Of a stretch of DNA of 64,000 nt, positions 60,961 to 64,000 are shown one piece after another; the stretch's first letter is position 1; every line of letters begins with the position of its first letter. Source of the stretch: Amphiscolops sp. MND2022 (lineage: Eukaryota); contig CAXLNC010001016.1 in NCBI GenBank assembly GCA_964187785.1, positions 1 to 64,000 of the forward strand. The letters are read 5' to 3'. A program made the position numbers and the translations under genes. The notes beneath the pieces are model-generated. The model did not search any database. It saw only the letters and a program-made list of their open reading frames with translations, and was not told the origin of the DNA.

Positions 60961-62850
60961 ATGAGTAGATGGTGGAGAGCTCGCAGAAGACGGAGACAAT
61001 ATCCGCAAGGATCGAACAGATGTCTGAAAGGATCACTGATGCCCATAGACGGCTTGAAGAGGTTCAACACCGATTCGAGCAGGGAGAGCACCAGCATCGA
61101 CAGCTTGTGCAGTCACGTTCCAAGAATGCCGTGAAGGCCTGGCGAGAGCGCAGGTGCCAGAAGGGAGAGCACCTCATGAGGAAAGGTACCAAGAACATGC
61201 TAGAGGGGTGGAGCAAGCTCTCGAGGATCTGCATTCCAAGATGTCTGAACTTGAGAAGAAGTTCAATATGGGGAGAAGCGATGCGCCAGCTCCAAGATGA
61301 CATGGCAAGTATGAGCGACAGACCTCAAGGGTCTGGGGTGAATCCTGAAGCCTTTCCCGAAAGTGACCGCAGGTATGAGAAGGATCGGCAACGTTTTGAG
61401 CTCTAAAGACAGCAAATTCAAATTGATTGTACGCAAGTGGACACTATTGAGCTATTTGGATGAGGTCCACGGAATGGTCACAGAGCTCTATGAAAGGCAG
61501 AATGCTTCACCCGCTAAGGGAGGGACATCAGAAGAGGACCCTGAGTGCGGATGCCAGAAAGGGTGACACCACGGTGGAAGTTCAGTCCACGGATGCATGC
61601 CGAGTTGGAGAAGTTGCGCTTGCCGGCGGTCAAGAAGCAAGGACGGTCATTGCCAAAGGAAGTCTCATTGTATGACTTCCTTTGGAGCGAGATTATCCGA
61701 TGGGGACTGTGGTCCGACCACAGACTGATGAAGAGTTTCTTCAAGAAGAGGACGGTCGAGAATGTCTCTACAGGAAAGGCAGCGAAGAGGACATCCATTT
61801 CGTTGGCTATGTTGATCTCGTAAAGAGACATGTTCCCGAAAGGGCGGAAAGTCACAATGAGGCACAGGACCGTAACTATGCTGAGGATCTAGAGGAGAAG
61901 ATCGAGCGAATGGTCGATGCCGGCTTGCTGCGCAGAGATCAGTCTCAGGAGGTGGTGGCCCTATGGTCCCACATTGGTCCTCTGCGCATGAGTGGGACAA
62001 TCTGCTCACTGGCCGTCAAGTGCCCAACCTTCGTGACTTTAGTCGCCAGAGTTGTGAAGGACAAGAGTGCCTTGGGGATGGTTCCCATTGGCCTCCAATT
62101 CGAGTAAAGCAAGAAGAAGGAGCACAGCGGCATCCTCTGGATGATTATTTCTGCAGAGGGATGGACACCACCGGTCCGTCATCGTGGGATAAGATACTCC
62201 AGGAGAAGGAACAAAAGACGCTCGACAATGTTGGTGCCATCAACCAGCAAGCCGAAGTTTGAGAAGAGAAATGGTCAATCTGGATTTGAAGCATCTCAAG
62301 TTCCCGCAGATGACCGTGTCCTCCGTTAAGATAAGGAGAATGGTTGAAGCAGATTGGCAGTCGTGCTGAAGCTACTGTTAATGTGCAGCTCTAAGGGATA
62401 GGAATTGCGCAGGAATGCTGGGATCTAGCGCGAACGCTGCGTCATGATCCACTGGTAAGGTTGATCTTGATGACCGCATACCATCGGCTGCACCAGTATG
62501 TCAAGGAGCCTGCAGTAGGTGATCAGGGTGCAGTGTCAACATTCCAAAATCTCCAGATGTGGAAGAGTGCTGCGCGAAGACTGAGGCAGATGGGAGGTAT
62601 GCTCCCAAGAGTCTCGACTCTCATGTCCGCCCTCGACAAGATCTTGGCAGCCTTTAACCGAAGCAATCAAAGGGGAAATTGGCTCTACCAGCCTGAGCGC
62701 AATAAGATCCCCATGGCAGATGTCAGCCCGGAGCAAGCGGCGAACTTCTTCTAATCCGTTGAGTCAGACGACCACTTTGGTCGAACACATGCCAGCCACC
62801 GCTAAGGTGCATGCAGTGGATGCTAAGCTGAAGTGGAAGGCTAAAGAGGT
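60960..62850 (+). pseudogene. Decayed, diverged paralogue of the 26795-30307 gag-like ORF
   Basis: Coiled-coil segment (60969 onward), then ARKGDTTVEVQSTDACRVGEVALAGGQEARTVIAKGSLIV*LPLERDYPMGTVVRPQTDEEFLQEEDGR aligning to AGAIRMDITNPEEWAAGDVAVIRNQEAKKVRDIGSLIFETPIQYDYEEGVEVRSLLSTEQLEELDGR, then PLDDYFCRGMD vs PLREWFCRGAD. Multiple stops and frameshifts. Confidence 0.7.
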
Positions 62851-62859
62851 TCCTCCGAA

Positions 62860-64000
62860 TGGAGGAAGTATGTCATTGACCTGCAAGATTGATGATGTAG
62901 GTGGTGTGTTGCAAGCTGGGTCTGATGACATTGTGTCGTAGATGATCGGGTCAATGATGTGAATTTTGGCTGCTGCTTCATCCTCGACGCGGCCGATGAC
63001 TGGCTTGAGTGCCCTGATTGATGGTGACAAGGGAGCGATGACCTTCTGCTCTGATGTCTGCTCCTGCGATGATGCCACCTGCTCAACCTCTGATGTCTGA
63101 TGCTGCTGGTCATCAACGGTGATATCCATGGCCTGGGATGATGCTGATGCTCCTGCTGGTGCTGCCATCTTGCTGAAGATGCTCTTGAGGTGCTGGAGAT
63201 GTTCCATCAAGATGAATCGATGCAGCTGATGTTGCTGATGTTGGCGATGCCCCAGCTGGTGCAGATGCTCCACAGATGCTTCTCAAGATGCCTGATGCGA
63301 CCACTGATGGTCGTCGCTTTGCTGTGGAGGTGTTTGATGTAGTCAACGGTTTTGATGGCAACTGGCACTGAAGATGCAAGCACAGATGAGAGGGAAGAGT
63401 GAACAAGATAAGAGAGGAAGTGGCTATGATGATTGTCTGGTTGTGATGTTTCCTGATGGCCACAATTGCTGTCTGATGTGATGGAGGAGGATGTCCTCTG
63501 TCATTTCCTCTCCTCCTTCCTTCTCTTCCTTGACCCTTCCTGGGGAAGATGTCCTCCTTCTTCATGGACATGATGGCGATGATGACAATGATTGTAGTGA
63601 TGATAATGACAACCCCCTCTCAGATGAATACCCTTCCTGCGGACATGGTGCTGATGACTCTAGTTGAGAGTCTACTGGTGTTGGTCCCACGTCACTTCGA
63701 CATGCCCTTTGCAGGCCTGACTGGACAGAGTTGGATTCCCCTCAAGGGCTGTGCGCGACCACGAGTACACCGGTGGACCCGCAAGGGTCATCCTCGTCCG
63801 ACTTGTGACATCTAAGGGCCCTCCATTGCTCATCAGTGGAGGTGCCCCTACATGCATGCGCAGTGTGCCACCGACAAGGTCAGTCGGACTGGCCGGTACA
63901 CTGCATGATGTGCTCAAGAAGAATAAATCCTCGGCGTGCTCCATCAGTGCGGGACTATGTACACCCGATCTTGCGTCGGTTTTGTTGCACGTCCTCCCGT
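62860..64000 (-). pseudogene. Decayed coding-like segment, unidentified, probably TE-derived
   Basis: Coding-like composition and protein-like frames (e.g. 62764-63273) with scattered stops; abuts the plus-strand gag-like remnant in opposite orientation. Confidence 0.35.

Noticed and set aside
1-64000. rRNA, tRNA, telomeric arrays, prokaryotic operons
   Set aside because: No recognisable conserved rRNA/tRNA motifs, telomere repeat arrays or gene-dense structure were seen by eye; a covariance-model scan would be needed to exclude small RNAs.

Overview
Eukaryotic, transposon-saturated DNA, most likely dinoflagellate: a 16-nt exact match to the 3' part of the dinoflagellate spliced leader (SL) lies at 30672-30687 on the minus strand. 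I could not identify any host gene, rRNA, tRNA or CRISPR array with confidence. The window holds: (i) the 3' part of a LINE-like element at 1-1220; (ii) a largely intact minus-strand retroelement-like unit at 26795-30871, arranged SL relic -> 88-aa ORF -> single TAA -> in-frame gag-like ORF of at least 1170 aa cut by an assembly gap, plus a decayed diverged paralogue at about 60960-62850; (iii) a decayed ORF at 49130-50400 with possible DDE/hAT-like motifs; (iv) two diverged copies of a decayed coding-like segment (33800-35130 and 45650-46690); (v) two clusters of about 6.2 kb (37875-44094 and 53612-59860) of 0.35-3.8 kb TIR elements stacked end to end and separated only by (TA)n, with termini 5'-GCTG; and (vi) dozens of nested 80-300 bp MITE-like elements whose terminal bases track TSD length (TCAG/TAGG with 5 bp; CTTAG/TTRCGA/TTGAC with 8 bp). 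Most short ORFs in the supplied track are translations of repeats or low-complexity DNA. Family assignments rest on motif recognition only; no database search was run.
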